Source: Eubacteriales bacterium
GTDB taxonomy: Bacteria; Bacillota; Clostridia; Christensenellales; CAG-138
Reading direction: 5' to 3'
NCBI GenBank assembly: GCA_028694155.1
Contig: JAQUTY010000002.1
Span: forward strand, 160,115 to 224,114
DNA: 64,000 nucleotides
Below are positions 1-9,843 of the stretch, one piece after another (position 1 is the stretch's first letter; every line of letters begins with the position of its first letter). The notes below the pieces were generated by a model, which saw only the letters and a list, made by a program, of their open reading frames with translations, was not told the origin of the DNA and ran no database searches. The translations under genes and the position numbers were made by a program.

Positions 1-305
1 ATGCTCAGGCAGGTCAACAGTCCCACGCCCATCAGCAGCATGAATTTGATAAACTCACGGTGATCCTCTTGACTTAGGCGGTGAAAGTGCCACAGCGTTA
101 TTGCGCCAACGGCAATGTACAAAAACCATCCAATGTAAAAAGTGATGAAAAAGGGCACAAAGGGAATACTTGCGTCCCACGGACACCAAACGGAGACGGC
201 AGGTGCATCTATCCAGCTAATAATGAAATAGCCCAATGAGTTTACAAGCCAAGTGGCAATAAACATGAACACATAGCGGTCTAATTTTTTGTAGAACTGT
301 TTCAT
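1..305 (-). CDS. PAP2-superfamily-like integral membrane protein, tandem paralog 3 (N-terminal part only; the gene runs off the left window edge)
   Basis: Hand translation of the reverse strand from the ATG at 305 gives MKQFYKKLDRYVFMFIATWLVNSLGYFIISW...ITLWHFHRLSQEDHREFIKFMLLMGVGLL. This is colinear with the N-termini of the two neighbouring paralogs (shared FYK..DRY, WHFH and EDH blocks). It is missing from the ORF track because the window edge truncates it. Confidence 0.6.
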   Translation of the reverse strand, partial: MKQFYKKLDRYVFMFIATWLVNSLGYFIISWIDAPAVSVWCPWDASIPFVPFFITFYIGWFLYIAVGAITLWHFHRLSQEDHREFIKFMLLMGVGLLTCLS

Positions 306-306
306 T

Positions 307-993
307 TTACTCATTTGTTTGCTTTGTTGGTATGCGGGGGAGGCAGTAAATAAGAACATACAGCACCAAAAACAGACCCAACGCCGCAACACAATCCCAA
401 ACGGAGTGCTGCTTTGTATAGAAGGTCGAAGCGCAGATGAGAACCGACAGAATTATGCTTGCAGGATAAATCCAGTAGCGGTGCTTGCTTTTTTTGAGCG
501 CAGGAGCCTTGACAAAGCCCAGAGCCAGCACCATGGAAATATAGCAATGCTCGCTGGGCAAGGCATTGTTGCGGACGTTGCCGTTATAGACATAGTTCAT
601 CAAATATGCCAGCAGCCCCTTTCCGTTGGACATATCGGGACGTGATGACTTCACTATCGTGGTCGGAAAGATTATGTAGAAGGAAAGGCAGAACAGCAGA
701 CCAAACATCGTTATCAGCAGCAGGCGGATAAACTGGGCATGATCCTCCGAGCTTTTCTTGTGGAAGTGCCAAAAGCACACAAAGCTGACAAGAATGTAGG
801 GAAACCAGATGACATAGGGAATCACAAACGGAAGGCAAAAGGGGATAGCCTCATCAAGCGCACTCCAAATAATTGTGCCGTCACCGTACATATTGCCAAT
901 AACAAAAAAACCTACCGAATTGACAAGCCATCCGATAAGCAGGAAGATCGCATATTTATCGAACTCCTTATAGAAATGCCTCATTTTAGACAT
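307..993 (-). CDS. PAP2-superfamily-like integral membrane protein, tandem paralog 2
   Basis: ORF 307..1026. I moved the start to Met12 (MSKMRHFYKEF), which is colinear with MQKMRHFYKY of the upstream paralog and preceded by GGAAGAAG. The protein has several hydrophobic helices. LPSEHC and YTKQHSVWD resemble the PSGH and HxxxD histidine motifs of PAP2-type phosphatases/phosphotransferases. Confidence 0.6.
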   Translation of the reverse strand: MSKMRHFYKEFDKYAIFLLIGWLVNSVGFFVIGNMYGDGTIIWSALDEAIPFCLPFVIPYVIWFPYILVSFVCFWHFHKKSSEDHAQFIRLLLITMFGLLFCLSFYIIFPTTIVKSSRPDMSNGKGLLAYLMNYVYNGNVRNNALPSEHCYISMVLALGFVKAPALKKSKHRYWIYPASIILSVLICASTFYTKQHSVWDCVAALGLFLVLYVLIYCLPRIPTKQTNE

Positions 994-1669
994 TGCGCTT
1001 CTTCCTCCACGGAATATAATAAACAATTATTGACAGCACGATGAACAAAACGGAAGCGGCAAAGAAATCCAATATGGAATGTTGCTTTGTAAACACGGTT
1101 GCAGCAACTATCGACACGGATAAAAGCACGCTTGCAGGATAGACCCAGAATCTGTGCTTGCTCTTTTTGAGCGCAGGCGCACGCAAAAAACCGAGGCACA
1201 ACACCATCGAAACATAGCAATGCTCGCTGGGCAGAGCGTTGTTGGAGACATTGCGCTGATAGACAAAGTTCATCAGCCAGTTGAACACACCCTTTTGTTG
1301 GGATAAATCGGGTCTGACCTGCTCAAAGGGGATACGAGTTGGATAAATGATGTAGAACACGGCACAGAACAAAAGACCCAACCCCATCAGCCACATGATG
1401 CGGACGAACTCGGAATGATCCTCCGCACTTTGCCTGTGAAAATGCCAAAACGAGATAAACCCTGCCAAAATGTAGAAAAACCAAGTGACATATGGTACTA
1501 CGAACGGCACACAAAAAGGAATGGCATCGTCCAATGCCGACCAAACGATATGTGCATCATCGCTCAAATCGCCGATAATAAAGAAAGCCGCACATTGAAG
1601 GAGGACTCCGATTATGATGCCGACAAGGTAGCGGTCTATGTATTTATAGAAATGGCGCATTTTTTGCAT
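986..1669 (-). CDS. PAP2-superfamily-like integral membrane protein, tandem paralog 1
   Basis: 227-aa ORF with the same architecture and motifs (LPSEHCY, FTKQHSILD). By my hand count, 42 of 57 residues are identical to paralog 2 across the motif block ALPSEHC...TKQHSxxD. Confidence 0.6.
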   Translation of the reverse strand: MQKMRHFYKYIDRYLVGIIIGVLLQCAAFFIIGDLSDDAHIVWSALDDAIPFCVPFVVPYVTWFFYILAGFISFWHFHRQSAEDHSEFVRIMWLMGLGLLFCAVFYIIYPTRIPFEQVRPDLSQQKGVFNWLMNFVYQRNVSNNALPSEHCYVSMVLCLGFLRAPALKKSKHRFWVYPASVLLSVSIVAATVFTKQHSILDFFAASVLFIVLSIIVYYIPWRKKRNV

Positions 1670-1675
1670 GATGGC

Positions 1676-1704
1676 ATTATACCATCTATTTTTTAAGCTG
1701 TCTA
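1676..1704 (-). promoter_or_regulatory. Putative sigma-A promoter of the PAP2-like array, possibly producing a leaderless or near-leaderless mRNA
   Basis: The reverse strand reads TAGACA, a 17-nt spacer, then TGgTATAAT (extended -10). The A of the ATG at 1669 lies 7 nt after the -10 box. No Shine-Dalgarno sequence lies between them. Confidence 0.4.
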
Positions 1705-1805
1705 CAAAAATCGACCAAAACGTGCTATTATGTTCACAGCTTGTTTACTCAAATGTGACACGCTGTTCTAATATTGCTGATACATTACAATGGAGGTGAA
1801 GTACA

Positions 1806-2513
1806 ATGAAGAAAGTGCTATGTATACTGATAATTTGCAGCATACTCCTCTTGCTGCCAAGCTGTGCAGTAAGCGGAAATGTGACCAACAATAACGCAAA
1901 CAGCGAGCCTATTAAGATAGTTGGAAAGACGGAGACGGCTGCGCCTACCTCTGACAACGCCACTCAATCGCCGCAGGTCGCTTCTGTGGAGCCAACCTCT
2001 GCCCCAACGGATTTGCCCACACCTACGCCCACGCCCACGCCCGAACCCACGGCAACGCCTGAGCCTACACCTACACCCACGCCCACGCCCGAACCCACGG
2101 CAACGCCAGTACCCGATGCGGATAAGGCGCAGCAGTTCATTACCTACGCTCAAGAGCAGTTGTCAGTCCCCTATGTGCGAGGCGGAAAAGACCCCGTTGA
2201 GGACGGCGGCTTTGACCCGGGCGGCTTCGTATACTACTGCCTTAGCAAGATGGGCGTTTCCACCTCACGAAAAACCTCAAAGGGCTATTCCGAGGTCGAG
2301 GATTGGCAGAAGATTAACTCCATTGGGGAGCTTGCAGCAGGCGATTTAGTGTTCTTTATGACAGGAACGAACACCGAGGTCAACTGTGTGTGCATCTATC
2401 TTGGCAATGAACGCATGATATATCCATCTACCAGCGAGGGCATGGTGATAATAACGAATATCTCCTCGGACTATTGGACAAACGGTTTCCAATTCGGCAG
2501 GCGAGTATTCTAA
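1806..2513 (+). CDS. Lipoprotein with a Pro/Thr-rich linker and a C-terminal NlpC/P60-like domain whose catalytic residues are substituted
   Basis: Signal peptide plus lipobox (LLLPSCAV). The linker is PTPTPTPEPTATP-type. The C-terminal PYVRGGKDP..GGFDPGGFVYY...GDLVFF...NCVCIYLGNERMIYPS aligns with the NlpC/P60 pattern PYVWGG..GFDCSGFV...GDLVFF...HVGIYxGNGxMIHA. Confidence 0.75.
   Translation: MKKVLCILIICSILLLLPSCAVSGNVTNNNANSEPIKIVGKTETAAPTSDNATQSPQVASVEPTSAPTDLPTPTPTPTPEPTATPEPTPTPTPTPEPTATPVPDADKAQQFITYAQEQLSVPYVRGGKDPVEDGGFDPGGFVYYCLSKMGVSTSRKTSKGYSEVEDWQKINSIGELAAGDLVFFMTGTNTEVNCVCIYLGNERMIYPSTSEGMVIITNISSDYWTNGFQFGRRVF
2019..2114 (+). repeat. In-frame 48-bp tandem duplication (2 units) inside the Pro/Thr linker
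   Basis: acacctacgcccacgcccacgcccgaacccacggcaacgcc (from 2019) recurs nearly identically from 2067. The period is 48 bp, equal to 16 codons. Confidence 0.8.
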
Positions 2514-2550
2514 GCATAGCCGCCGCACGACCTGAACCCTACTTTTTTAT

Positions 2551-2579
2551 TGCACCTTGTCGGCGATTGTGATAAAATA
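2551..2579 (+). promoter_or_regulatory. Putative sigma-A promoter upstream of dagK
   Basis: TTGCAC (2551-2556), 17-nt spacer, TAAAAT (2574-2579). It lies 30 nt upstream of the dagK start and its AAGGTGAGGG ribosome-binding site. Confidence 0.45.
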
Positions 2580-2609
2580 TGTTAAATATTGCATCTAAGG
2601 TGAGGGCAA

Positions 2610-3497
2610 ATGACTGATTATCTGTTGATTCACAATCCTGTTGCGGGAAACGGCGCATCAATCGTTGCGTTAAACAGGGCAAAGGAGCTGCTGGACGCTG
2701 CCAATACTAGCTATGAGGTGTGGGAGAGTCAGTACCCGTTTCACTCAATAGATCTGGCAAAAAAGGCGATTGAGCAGGGCTATCCCTGTATCGTTGCGGT
2801 AGGCGGAGATGGGACGGTTCGTGAGGTAGCAATGTCGCTCATAGAAACGGACATACCGCTGGGCATCATTCCCTGCGGCACCGGCAACGACTATGTGCGC
2901 CCCTTGGGAATACCCACCAACGTTGACAAGGCGGTTGACATTCTGCTAAAAGGCGAGAGGCTGAGAGTTGACACGGGCGAGATTAACGGTCAAAGGTATA
3001 TCAATGTGGCAGGTTTCGGGTTCGATGTCGATGTTTTGGACAGCACCGAAAGATACAAAAAGAAGATTAAAAACGGCAGTCTTGCCTATTTGCGAGGGCT
3101 GATCAATGCGCTCAAGCACCTCAAGATGCGTAAAACACACATTGTTTTGCCCGATAGGGAACTGGATTTTGATGCGCTGCTGTTCACGGCAGGCAATGGC
3201 ACTCACTTTGGTGGTGGCATGAATATCACGCCAAAGGCAAATCCCAACGATGGACTGCTTGACATATGTATAGCGCATGATGTCAACAAGCTGACGGTGC
3301 TGTACATGCTGCCAAAGCTGCTCAAGGGCAAGCATCTTTCCAGCAAGCATGTGACATATTTTAATGCAACCTCGCTGACCGCTGTCTGCGACCCAATTTC
3401 AAGGATAGAGGTCGATGGCGAGGTGATGGAGGGAACACCTATCGATCTTAGGATCGTGCCGCAGTCGTTGACGGTACTGGTAAAGAAGAATGGCTAA
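2610..3497 (+). CDS. dagK: Diacylglycerol kinase-family lipid kinase (DagK/YegS type)
   Basis: The catalytic-domain motifs VAVGGDGTVREV and PCGTGNDY are present. Length is 295 aa. Confidence 0.85.
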   Translation: MTDYLLIHNPVAGNGASIVALNRAKELLDAANTSYEVWESQYPFHSIDLAKKAIEQGYPCIVAVGGDGTVREVAMSLIETDIPLGIIPCGTGNDYVRPLGIPTNVDKAVDILLKGERLRVDTGEINGQRYINVAGFGFDVDVLDSTERYKKKIKNGSLAYLRGLINALKHLKMRKTHIVLPDRELDFDALLFTAGNGTHFGGGMNITPKANPNDGLLDICIAHDVNKLTVLYMLPKLLKGKHLSSKHVTYFNATSLTAVCDPISRIEVDGEVMEGTPIDLRIVPQSLTVLVKKNG

Positions 3498-4599
3498 AAG
3501 GTATAGTGGACAGCTAAATATCAAGCGCATAGTGGCGGTACTCATAGTGCTGCTGGCTGTTGCCGCTGGTGTTTTCGCCTTACTTTGGATTCTCTTTGGA
3601 GACAGCGAGGCCGAGCTGAGCTACAGTCAACTTTCCATTGAAAGCGGCAAGGATTACCGAGTTGGCGATGGGACTATCTCGTATGTGGCGGACAGCAGGC
3701 TGACATACTATTCGGTAAGCGATAAAAAGAGCAGAGCTACTGCGCTCAATGCCGAGGTTGACGGATATGCCGTGCGCAATGACACCATAGTGCTTTACGA
3801 TGGCGGTATGCTGCACATTGAGGGAGCAAACGCCGTTCAGCTTGTTGGCACGGTGCGTGAGGTTCGCATGGGAAAGGACTATATTGCTGCCCTGCACACC
3901 AACGAGCAAGGATTGAACAGCATCGTCATTTTCGATTATCAGGGCAACATGGTCAGCAGCGCGCCCTTGGATTTTTCCGACAGCAAGGTGACAAACTTCG
4001 ATTTCTATACGGAGAACGGCCGTGAGCTTTTGTGGGTAGTGTCGGTGGAAACCGAGCAGAGCACCCCCGTGACGACCGTGAAGATGTATGACTACGGCGC
4101 AGGCGGCTCCATTTCCAACTTGGCACCGTTCTACGACCAGTCGGTTGAAAAGCTCTACTTCACCGAGGACAGCATTTTTGTTGTGGGTACGCAGGACATC
4201 GTGCGATACGCCATCAGCGGAGGCAGAGAAAAGTATCGTGTGAACATCTACGGAAACAAGGTCATCGATATGGTGACAAGCGAGGGGACTGCAACCTTCC
4301 TGCTTGCGCCACGCAACGAGACCACTTGGAATACACTTCGAATTATTCGCACCACGGAAACGGACGAGGCAACCACCACCATTCGCCAATACAGCGTCCC
4401 CGAACCGATTATCGGCGCATATTTGCAGGACAGCGGCATTAGGGCGGTGGGACAGCAGAATGTGTACATCTTCGGATATTCCGGAAAGCTATTGAACACC
4501 TTGCAGCTCAAACACGTTCCGCAGAGGGTGTGCAAGCTAAATGATACGACTTTGCTTCTCATCTGCGAGGACGGGCTGTATCGAACGATTGTAAAATAA
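3490..4599 (+). CDS. Membrane-anchored hypothetical protein (one N-terminal TM helix, beta-rich extracytoplasmic domain)
   Basis: 369-aa ORF overlapping the dagK stop by 8 nt. The N-terminal hydrophobic helix is IVAVLIVLLAVAAGVFALLWILF. I recognise no catalytic motif. Confidence 0.5.
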   Translation: MAKRYSGQLNIKRIVAVLIVLLAVAAGVFALLWILFGDSEAELSYSQLSIESGKDYRVGDGTISYVADSRLTYYSVSDKKSRATALNAEVDGYAVRNDTIVLYDGGMLHIEGANAVQLVGTVREVRMGKDYIAALHTNEQGLNSIVIFDYQGNMVSSAPLDFSDSKVTNFDFYTENGRELLWVVSVETEQSTPVTTVKMYDYGAGGSISNLAPFYDQSVEKLYFTEDSIFVVGTQDIVRYAISGGREKYRVNIYGNKVIDMVTSEGTATFLLAPRNETTWNTLRIIRTTETDEATTTIRQYSVPEPIIGAYLQDSGIRAVGQQNVYIFGYSGKLLNTLQLKHVPQRVCKLNDTTLLLICEDGLYRTIVK

Positions 4600-4619
4600 T
4601 TTATTTTGGGAGCAGCTAC

Positions 4620-5321
4620 ATGGTCGATTTGGTAATACTACTGATACTTGCAATCGCCGTGCTTGCGGGATACTACCGTGGCGTGGTGTATTCGGCTATC
4701 AGTTTGGGGCTGACCATACTGTCTTTCTTCTTGGCTCTGCTGTGCATACCGCTGCTAACAGGCAGCTTTAAGAACCGTGATACAATCTATCCTATGATGC
4801 TCTACTATTTTGAGGGGTACGAATACATCTCAAATACGAGCGTAGAGATGGTGCACTATCCTGTAACGCAGGTCACCGATGATGAGCTGGAGCTGATTGT
4901 GAGCAACGCCGATATGCCAATTCCGCTTGACAGCGCAGTCAAACACAATGTCAAAAGTGAGCAGTATCAGGGGCTTGGGATATACACGCTTGGAGACTAC
5001 TTTAATCAGACCGTAGTCGATGTGGTAATCAACATTCTGTCATTGCTGATTCTGTTTTTGATTATTCGCCTGCTGCTGGGCTTTGGGCTTCACATTACGG
5101 ACTATGCGGTGGGAGGTCTGCCCGTTTTGCAGCGGTTTGACGTTCCCATATCGTTGGGAATAGGCTTTTTGCAGGGCGTAGTGCTGGTATTCATCATTTT
5201 TATGCTCGTGCCGGTGATGCTGTCCGTGGTTCCGCAGATGTCAGAATACATTCAAAACTCAATCCTGGGCAGATTTTTCTATCACGCCAACCTGTTTTTA
5301 AGAATGATTCCGTCACACTAA
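4620..5321 (+). CDS. cvpA: CvpA-family membrane protein
   Basis: The N-terminus MVDLVILLILAIAVLAGYYRGVV... is typical of the CvpA family. Several TM helices are present and GGGAG lies upstream. Confidence 0.65.
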   Translation: MVDLVILLILAIAVLAGYYRGVVYSAISLGLTILSFFLALLCIPLLTGSFKNRDTIYPMMLYYFEGYEYISNTSVEMVHYPVTQVTDDELELIVSNADMPIPLDSAVKHNVKSEQYQGLGIYTLGDYFNQTVVDVVINILSLLILFLIIRLLLGFGLHITDYAVGGLPVLQRFDVPISLGIGFLQGVVLVFIIFMLVPVMLSVVPQMSEYIQNSILGRFFYHANLFLRMIPSH

Positions 5322-5326
5322 ATTCT

Positions 5327-7738
5327 TTATCCGATTATCTTACCTTCAACAACATCGTCATCAAGAACGACAGCAACCAGTATTGAGCCCTTGGACGCAC
5401 GAGGTTCGATGTGGATAGCCTCGGTGTTGAGCGTGGTTTCCGTACCGTGACGCTGAACGAGGGTGAAGTCATAAGGAGAGGTCACCACGGATACGAAGGC
5501 AAGGCGAGAACCGTTTGAGCCATTCTTCTTAAAATCGAAGGTCTTTAGCCCCTTGCCGTTGCGCCCCTGAAGCTCATAATCGAACATGAAGCTGCGTTTT
5601 CCAAAGCCACGATCGGATACGGTCAGCAGCTCGCCCTCATCGCCCGTCTGACGGGCAAACATAACCGCATCATGCTCGTCCAGCTTGATACAGCGAACGC
5701 CCGAGGCGGTGCGCCCCATTGTGGGAACCGTATCTGCAGGGAAACGAATACTCATGCCAAGCTCCGTCACAAGAATTACACTGTCCTCATTGGCACGAAC
5801 CACACAAAGCAGCCTATCCTTGTCCTTAAGCGCAATGGCAGCGGTGCGCTTTGCACGGATTGCATAGTCGGCTGTGGGAGTGCGTTTTGCCATGCCGTTT
5901 TTTGTGAAGAACAGATAATCCCCCTCACAGTCCTCGTTGAAGGCGGAAACAATGGCTTCTCCCTTCTCAAACGGCAGCAGCGATGCAAGGTTTACCGCCT
6001 TGCTCGTGCTTCGGGTTTCGGGTATATCGGACGCCTTGATGGTGAGCATGGAACCGATGTTTGTCATAATTCTCAAACTCTGGTTCGACTTTAGCTCGAC
6101 CACAAAAAGCGGCTTGTCGGCGGAGATTTGCGACAGATTAAACTGCTTTTGAGGGCATTTTCTGATTTTCAGGTCGGCGCAGATGGCAACGGTGACGTCC
6201 TCGACATAGCCTGCGTCCTCGTCCTCAACGACAATTTCGGCATCGCCGGAGATAATCTGGGTGCGGCGTTTCTGTGGAAACATGGCACGAATCTCAAGGA
6301 GTTCACGCTTGATTAGATTCACCAGCTTGCGGTCGGACGCAAGTATTCCTTGAAGCTCCGCTATCAGCTTGACAACGGAGGCGTATTCACGCTCGATAGT
6401 CAACAACTCAAGATTTGTCAGACGCTGCAAGCGAAGGTCCAAAATTGCCTGCGCCTGAATCTCGCTCAGCTTGAAACGCTCCATCAGCTTTTCGCGCGCC
6501 TCCTTGGGCGTTTTGCTGGAACGAATGAGCTTGATGACAAGGTCCACGTTGTCAACGGCGACCATCAAACCTGCCAAGATATGCTCACGCTTCTGTGCGA
6601 CCTCAAGCTCGTTTTGGGTTCTCCTTGTCACAACCTCACGCTGATGGCGAATGTAGTGACCTACGATTTGCTTGAGGTTTAACTGCTGCGGCTTGCCACC
6701 GGCGATGGCGACAAAGTTTGCGCCAAAGGTGCATTGCAGGTCGGAATACTTGAACAGATACTGCAGTATTTTTTCGGCATCGCCGTCCTTTTTGACCTCG
6801 ATAACGGCACGCACACCCGTGCGGTCGCTCTCGTCTCGAATGTCGGACACCGCCGAAAACAGCGACTTTTTCTCCTGTGTGACGGAAAGTATCTTTTCAA
6901 GTGCGCTCGCCTTGTTGACCTGATAGGGAAACTCGGTTACAACAATGCGTGTCTTGCCGTTTTTCATCTCCTCAAAATGGGTTCTTGCACGCATGATGAG
7001 CTTGCCCCTGCCGGTCTGATACGATTGTGCTATCTGGTCGGACTGCAGCAGATAGCCGCCCGTGGGAAAATCGGGGGCAGGCATAATCTGCATTAGCTCG
7101 GAAATGGTAATCTTTGGATTGTCCATCATTGCAATGACCGCATCTATTGCCTCCTGCGGATTGTGCGGCGGAATGTTGGTGGCAAGACCTACGGCTATAC
7201 CGCTTGCTCCATTGATGAGCAAATTCGGAAATCTTCCGGGCAGCAGCTCAGGTTCCTTCAATGTGTCGTCAAAATTCCACATAAAGGGTACGGTGTCACG
7301 GTCAATGTCCCGAAGAAGCTGCATGGCGGCAGGCGTCATGCGTGCCTCGGTGTAACGCATGGCAGCGGCACTGTCGCCGTCCATCGAACCGAAGTTACCG
7401 TGACCGTCCACAAGCGCAAGACCCATGTTGAAGGGCTGCGCCATGCGAACCATCGCATCATATACGGAGGAATCGCCGTGCGGATGATACTTGCCCAGAC
7501 AGTCGCCCACGATACGCGCGCTCTTTCGGTGCGGCTTATCGGGCGAAAGACCAAGTTCGAGCATGGAGTAGAGTATGCGCCGCTGAACGGGCTTAAGACC
7601 GTCCTCAACTCGGGGCAGAGCACGCTCCAAAATGACATGCTCGGCATAGGGCATCATGGACTGGTGCATCACCTCGTCCATGCTGCGCTGCATGATAGTC
7701 TCCAACAGAGTTGGCATATCGGTAGTTTTCTTTGCCAT
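5327..7738 (-). CDS. parC: Type IIA DNA topoisomerase subunit A (ParC-like; GyrA not excluded)
   Basis: [32 protein letters not shown] and the active-site [10 protein letters not shown] motif are present. AGGAG lies upstream. The gene sits downstream of the B subunit, with no dnaA/dnaN/recF context. Confidence 0.85.
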   Translation of the reverse strand: MAKKTTDMPTLLETIMQRSMDEVMHQSMMPYAEHVILERALPRVEDGLKPVQRRILYSMLELGLSPDKPHRKSARIVGDCLGKYHPHGDSSVYDAMVRMAQPFNMGLALVDGHGNFGSMDGDSAAAMRYTEARMTPAAMQLLRDIDRDTVPFMWNFDDTLKEPELLPGRFPNLLINGASGIAVGLATNIPPHNPQEAIDAVIAMMDNPKITISELMQIMPAPDFPTGGYLLQSDQIAQSYQTGRGKLIMRARTHFEEMKNGKTRIVVTEFPYQVNKASALEKILSVTQEKKSLFSAVSDIRDESDRTGVRAVIEVKKDGDAEKILQYLFKYSDLQCTFGANFVAIAGGKPQQLNLKQIVGHYIRHQREVVTRRTQNELEVAQKREHILAGLMVAVDNVDLVIKLIRSSKTPKEAREKLMERFKLSEIQAQAILDLRLQRLTNLELLTIEREYASVVKLIAELQGILASDRKLVNLIKRELLEIRAMFPQKRRTQIISGDAEIVVEDEDAGYVEDVTVAICADLKIRKCPQKQFNLSQISADKPLFVVELKSNQSLRIMTNIGSMLTIKASDIPETRSTSKAVNLASLLPFEKGEAIVSAFNEDCEGDYLFFTKNGMAKRTPTADYAIRAKRTAAIALKDKDRLLCVVRANEDSVILVTELGMSIRFPADTVPTMGRTASGVRCIKLDEHDAVMFARQTGDEGELLTVSDRGFGKRSFMFDYELQGRNGKGLKTFDFKKNGSNGSRLAFVSVVTSPYDFTLVQRHGTETTLNTEAIHIEPRASKGSILVAVVLDDDVVEGKIIG

Positions 7739-7746
7739 ACTAGCTC

Positions 7747-9699
7747 CTATTGACGAATCTTCTCATAAGCGGTGTCACGCTTGTTGAAGTTCGCATACTC
7801 AAAGATGTATTCCTTGCGCGACTGAACCTTGTCGCCCATCAAAACGGTGACAAGATGCTCAACCTCGGCAGCGTCCTCAATGGTCACTTGAACCAAGCGG
7901 CGACCCATGGGGTTCATGGTAGTCTCCCAAAGCTGCTCGGGGTTCATTTCGCCCAAGCCCTTGTAGCGTTGCAGAGTGTAATTTTTGCCAAGGCTCTTTA
8001 ATGCCTGCTTTAGCGCAGGGTCGTCATAGCAGTAAATCGGCTCGCCACCGTTCTTTTGAACCTTATACAGCGGCGGCATACCCATGTAGACGTGTCCGTC
8101 CAAAATCAGCTCACGCATATAGCGGAAAAAGAAGGTCAAAAGAATGGCACGAATGTGCGCTCCGTCCTGGTCGGCGTCCGAAAGAATGATGATTTTATTG
8201 TATTTTAGGTTGTCAAGATTGAAGTCCTCACCGATGCTCGTGCCAAGAGCAGTAATAATTGAGCGAAACTCCTCATTTTGAAGAACCTGCTCCAAACGCT
8301 TCTTTTCCACGTTCAAGGGCTTGCCTCGAAGTGGCAATATCGCCTGAAAACGGCGGTCACGTCCCTGCTTTGCACTTCCGCCTGCGCTGTCGCCCTCGAC
8401 AATGAAAAGCTCGTTTTGGGCATAGTCTCTCCCTGTGCAGCTTGACAGCTTGCCAACCAGCGGTGCGTTCTCCAGCTTGTTTTTCTCCCTTGCAGTCTCC
8501 TTAGCTTTTCGTGCGGCCACACGAACCTTTGCCGCCTTCAATGCCTTTTCAACGATTATGCCTGCTTCCTCGGCGTGCTTGAGATCCTCAAGATAAGGGG
8601 TGAGCATCTGCAGCACAACGGCTTCAACGGCAGGGCGAGCCTCGGTGTTGCCCAGTCTCGTTTTGGTCTGTCCCTCAAACTGAATGGTGTGCATCTTCAA
8701 CGAAACGACAGCGGTGATGCCCTCGCGGAGATCCTCGCCCATCAGCGATGCGTCCTTGTCCTTTAGCGCGCCGACCTTGCGGCAGTAGTCGTTCATCACC
8801 TTTGTGAGCGCAGCCTTGAAGCCCGTTTCGTGCGTGCCGCCCTCGGTGGTGGGAATGTTGTTTACATAGGAAAAGATGTTTTCGGTGAACCCATCGTTGT
8901 GCTGAAGGGCAATCTCAACCAGAATGTCGCCGCTTTTGCCGCTAAAGTGTATGGGCGTAGGATAGAGAGCAGTCTTGTCTTCATTTAGGTAAGACACAAA
9001 ATCGCTCAATCCGCCCGAATACATAAACTCATTGTGACGGTTCTTGCCCCATTCTCGGTTATCGTCGAGCGTCATTTTGACGCCTCTATTGAGATATGCC
9101 AGCTCACGCATACGCTTTGAAACCACGTCATAATTCATGTCCAGCGTTTCAAAAACACGGTCATCGGGCAGGAAGGTCACAACAGTACCCTGCTTGCGTG
9201 TTCTGCCGGTCTCCATCAGCTGATAGCGTGGCTTGCCGGAGATTATTTTGCCGTCCTCATTTTCCTCGCTGGAAAACTCCTGCTTGTATGCCCTGTTGTC
9301 GCAAAAGACCTCCACGCTCACCCACCTAGACAGCGCATTGACCACCGATGCGCCAACGCCGTGCAGACCGCCCGAATAACCGTAGCTGTCGTTGCCGAAC
9401 TTGCCGCCGGCATGTAGCTGAGTAAAGACGACCTCAACGCCCGAAACGCCCATCTTTTGGTGAATACCCACCGGGATTCCACGACCGTTATCGCAGACGG
9501 TCACGCTCTTGTCACGGTTCAATGTCACATTGACCTCGTTTGCGTATCCGTTTGCCGCCTCATCAATGGCGTTGTCAACAATCTCCCACAACAGATGGTG
9601 CAGACCTCGCTGCCCTGTGGAGCCTATGTACATGCCCGGGCGCATTCTTACAGCGTCCAAGCCCTCCATTACTTTAATATTGGAAACGGAATATTCCAC
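7747..9699 (-). CDS. parE: Type IIA DNA topoisomerase subunit B (ParE-like; GyrB not excluded)
   Basis: GHKL ATPase motifs ([45 protein letters not shown]) and Toprim motifs ([32 protein letters not shown]). The track ORF starts at a TTG (9720). I prefer the GTG at 9699, which is preceded by AGGAGA. Confidence 0.85.
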   Translation of the reverse strand: MEYSVSNIKVMEGLDAVRMRPGMYIGSTGQRGLHHLLWEIVDNAIDEAANGYANEVNVTLNRDKSVTVCDNGRGIPVGIHQKMGVSGVEVVFTQLHAGGKFGNDSYGYSGGLHGVGASVVNALSRWVSVEVFCDNRAYKQEFSSEENEDGKIISGKPRYQLMETGRTRKQGTVVTFLPDDRVFETLDMNYDVVSKRMRELAYLNRGVKMTLDDNREWGKNRHNEFMYSGGLSDFVSYLNEDKTALYPTPIHFSGKSGDILVEIALQHNDGFTENIFSYVNNIPTTEGGTHETGFKAALTKVMNDYCRKVGALKDKDASLMGEDLREGITAVVSLKMHTIQFEGQTKTRLGNTEARPAVEAVVLQMLTPYLEDLKHAEEAGIIVEKALKAAKVRVAARKAKETAREKNKLENAPLVGKLSSCTGRDYAQNELFIVEGDSAGGSAKQGRDRRFQAILPLRGKPLNVEKKRLEQVLQNEEFRSIITALGTSIGEDFNLDNLKYNKIIILSDADQDGAHIRAILLTFFFRYMRELILDGHVYMGMPPLYKVQKNGGEPIYCYDDPALKQALKSLGKNYTLQRYKGLGEMNPEQLWETTMNPMGRRLVQVTIEDAAEVEHLVTVLMGDKVQSRKEYIFEYANFNKRDTAYEKIRQ

Positions 9700-9843
9700 T
9701 AAATAATCTCTCCTAATCAAAAATACGGGTTAATATAACCCTCTTTCACCAAATAAATTATACCACAATATCTTGTGTCGTTGCACCCATAAGACCCATA
9801 CATTTACCATTTGTTCAAATTTTACAAAGGAATATCGGCAAAA

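Noticed and set aside
1818-2349. Arg-rich ORFs (1818..2153 minus, 1921..2349 plus) overlapping the lipoprotein gene.
   Set aside because: They are alternative-frame readings of the CCN/ACN-rich Pro/Thr linker repeat. The 1806..2513 frame has a lipobox and an NlpC/P60-like domain.
5327-5700. QGRNGKG in the C-terminal domain of the subunit-A protein resembles the GyrA-box (QRRGGKG), which would make the pair a gyrase.
   Set aside because: The motif lies in a late blade near the C-terminus rather than at the start of the C-terminal domain. Similar RxGxG loops recur in every blade of both GyrA and ParC. The gene order (B then A, no dnaA/dnaN/recF) fits ParE-ParC better. The question stays open and the call is worded accordingly.
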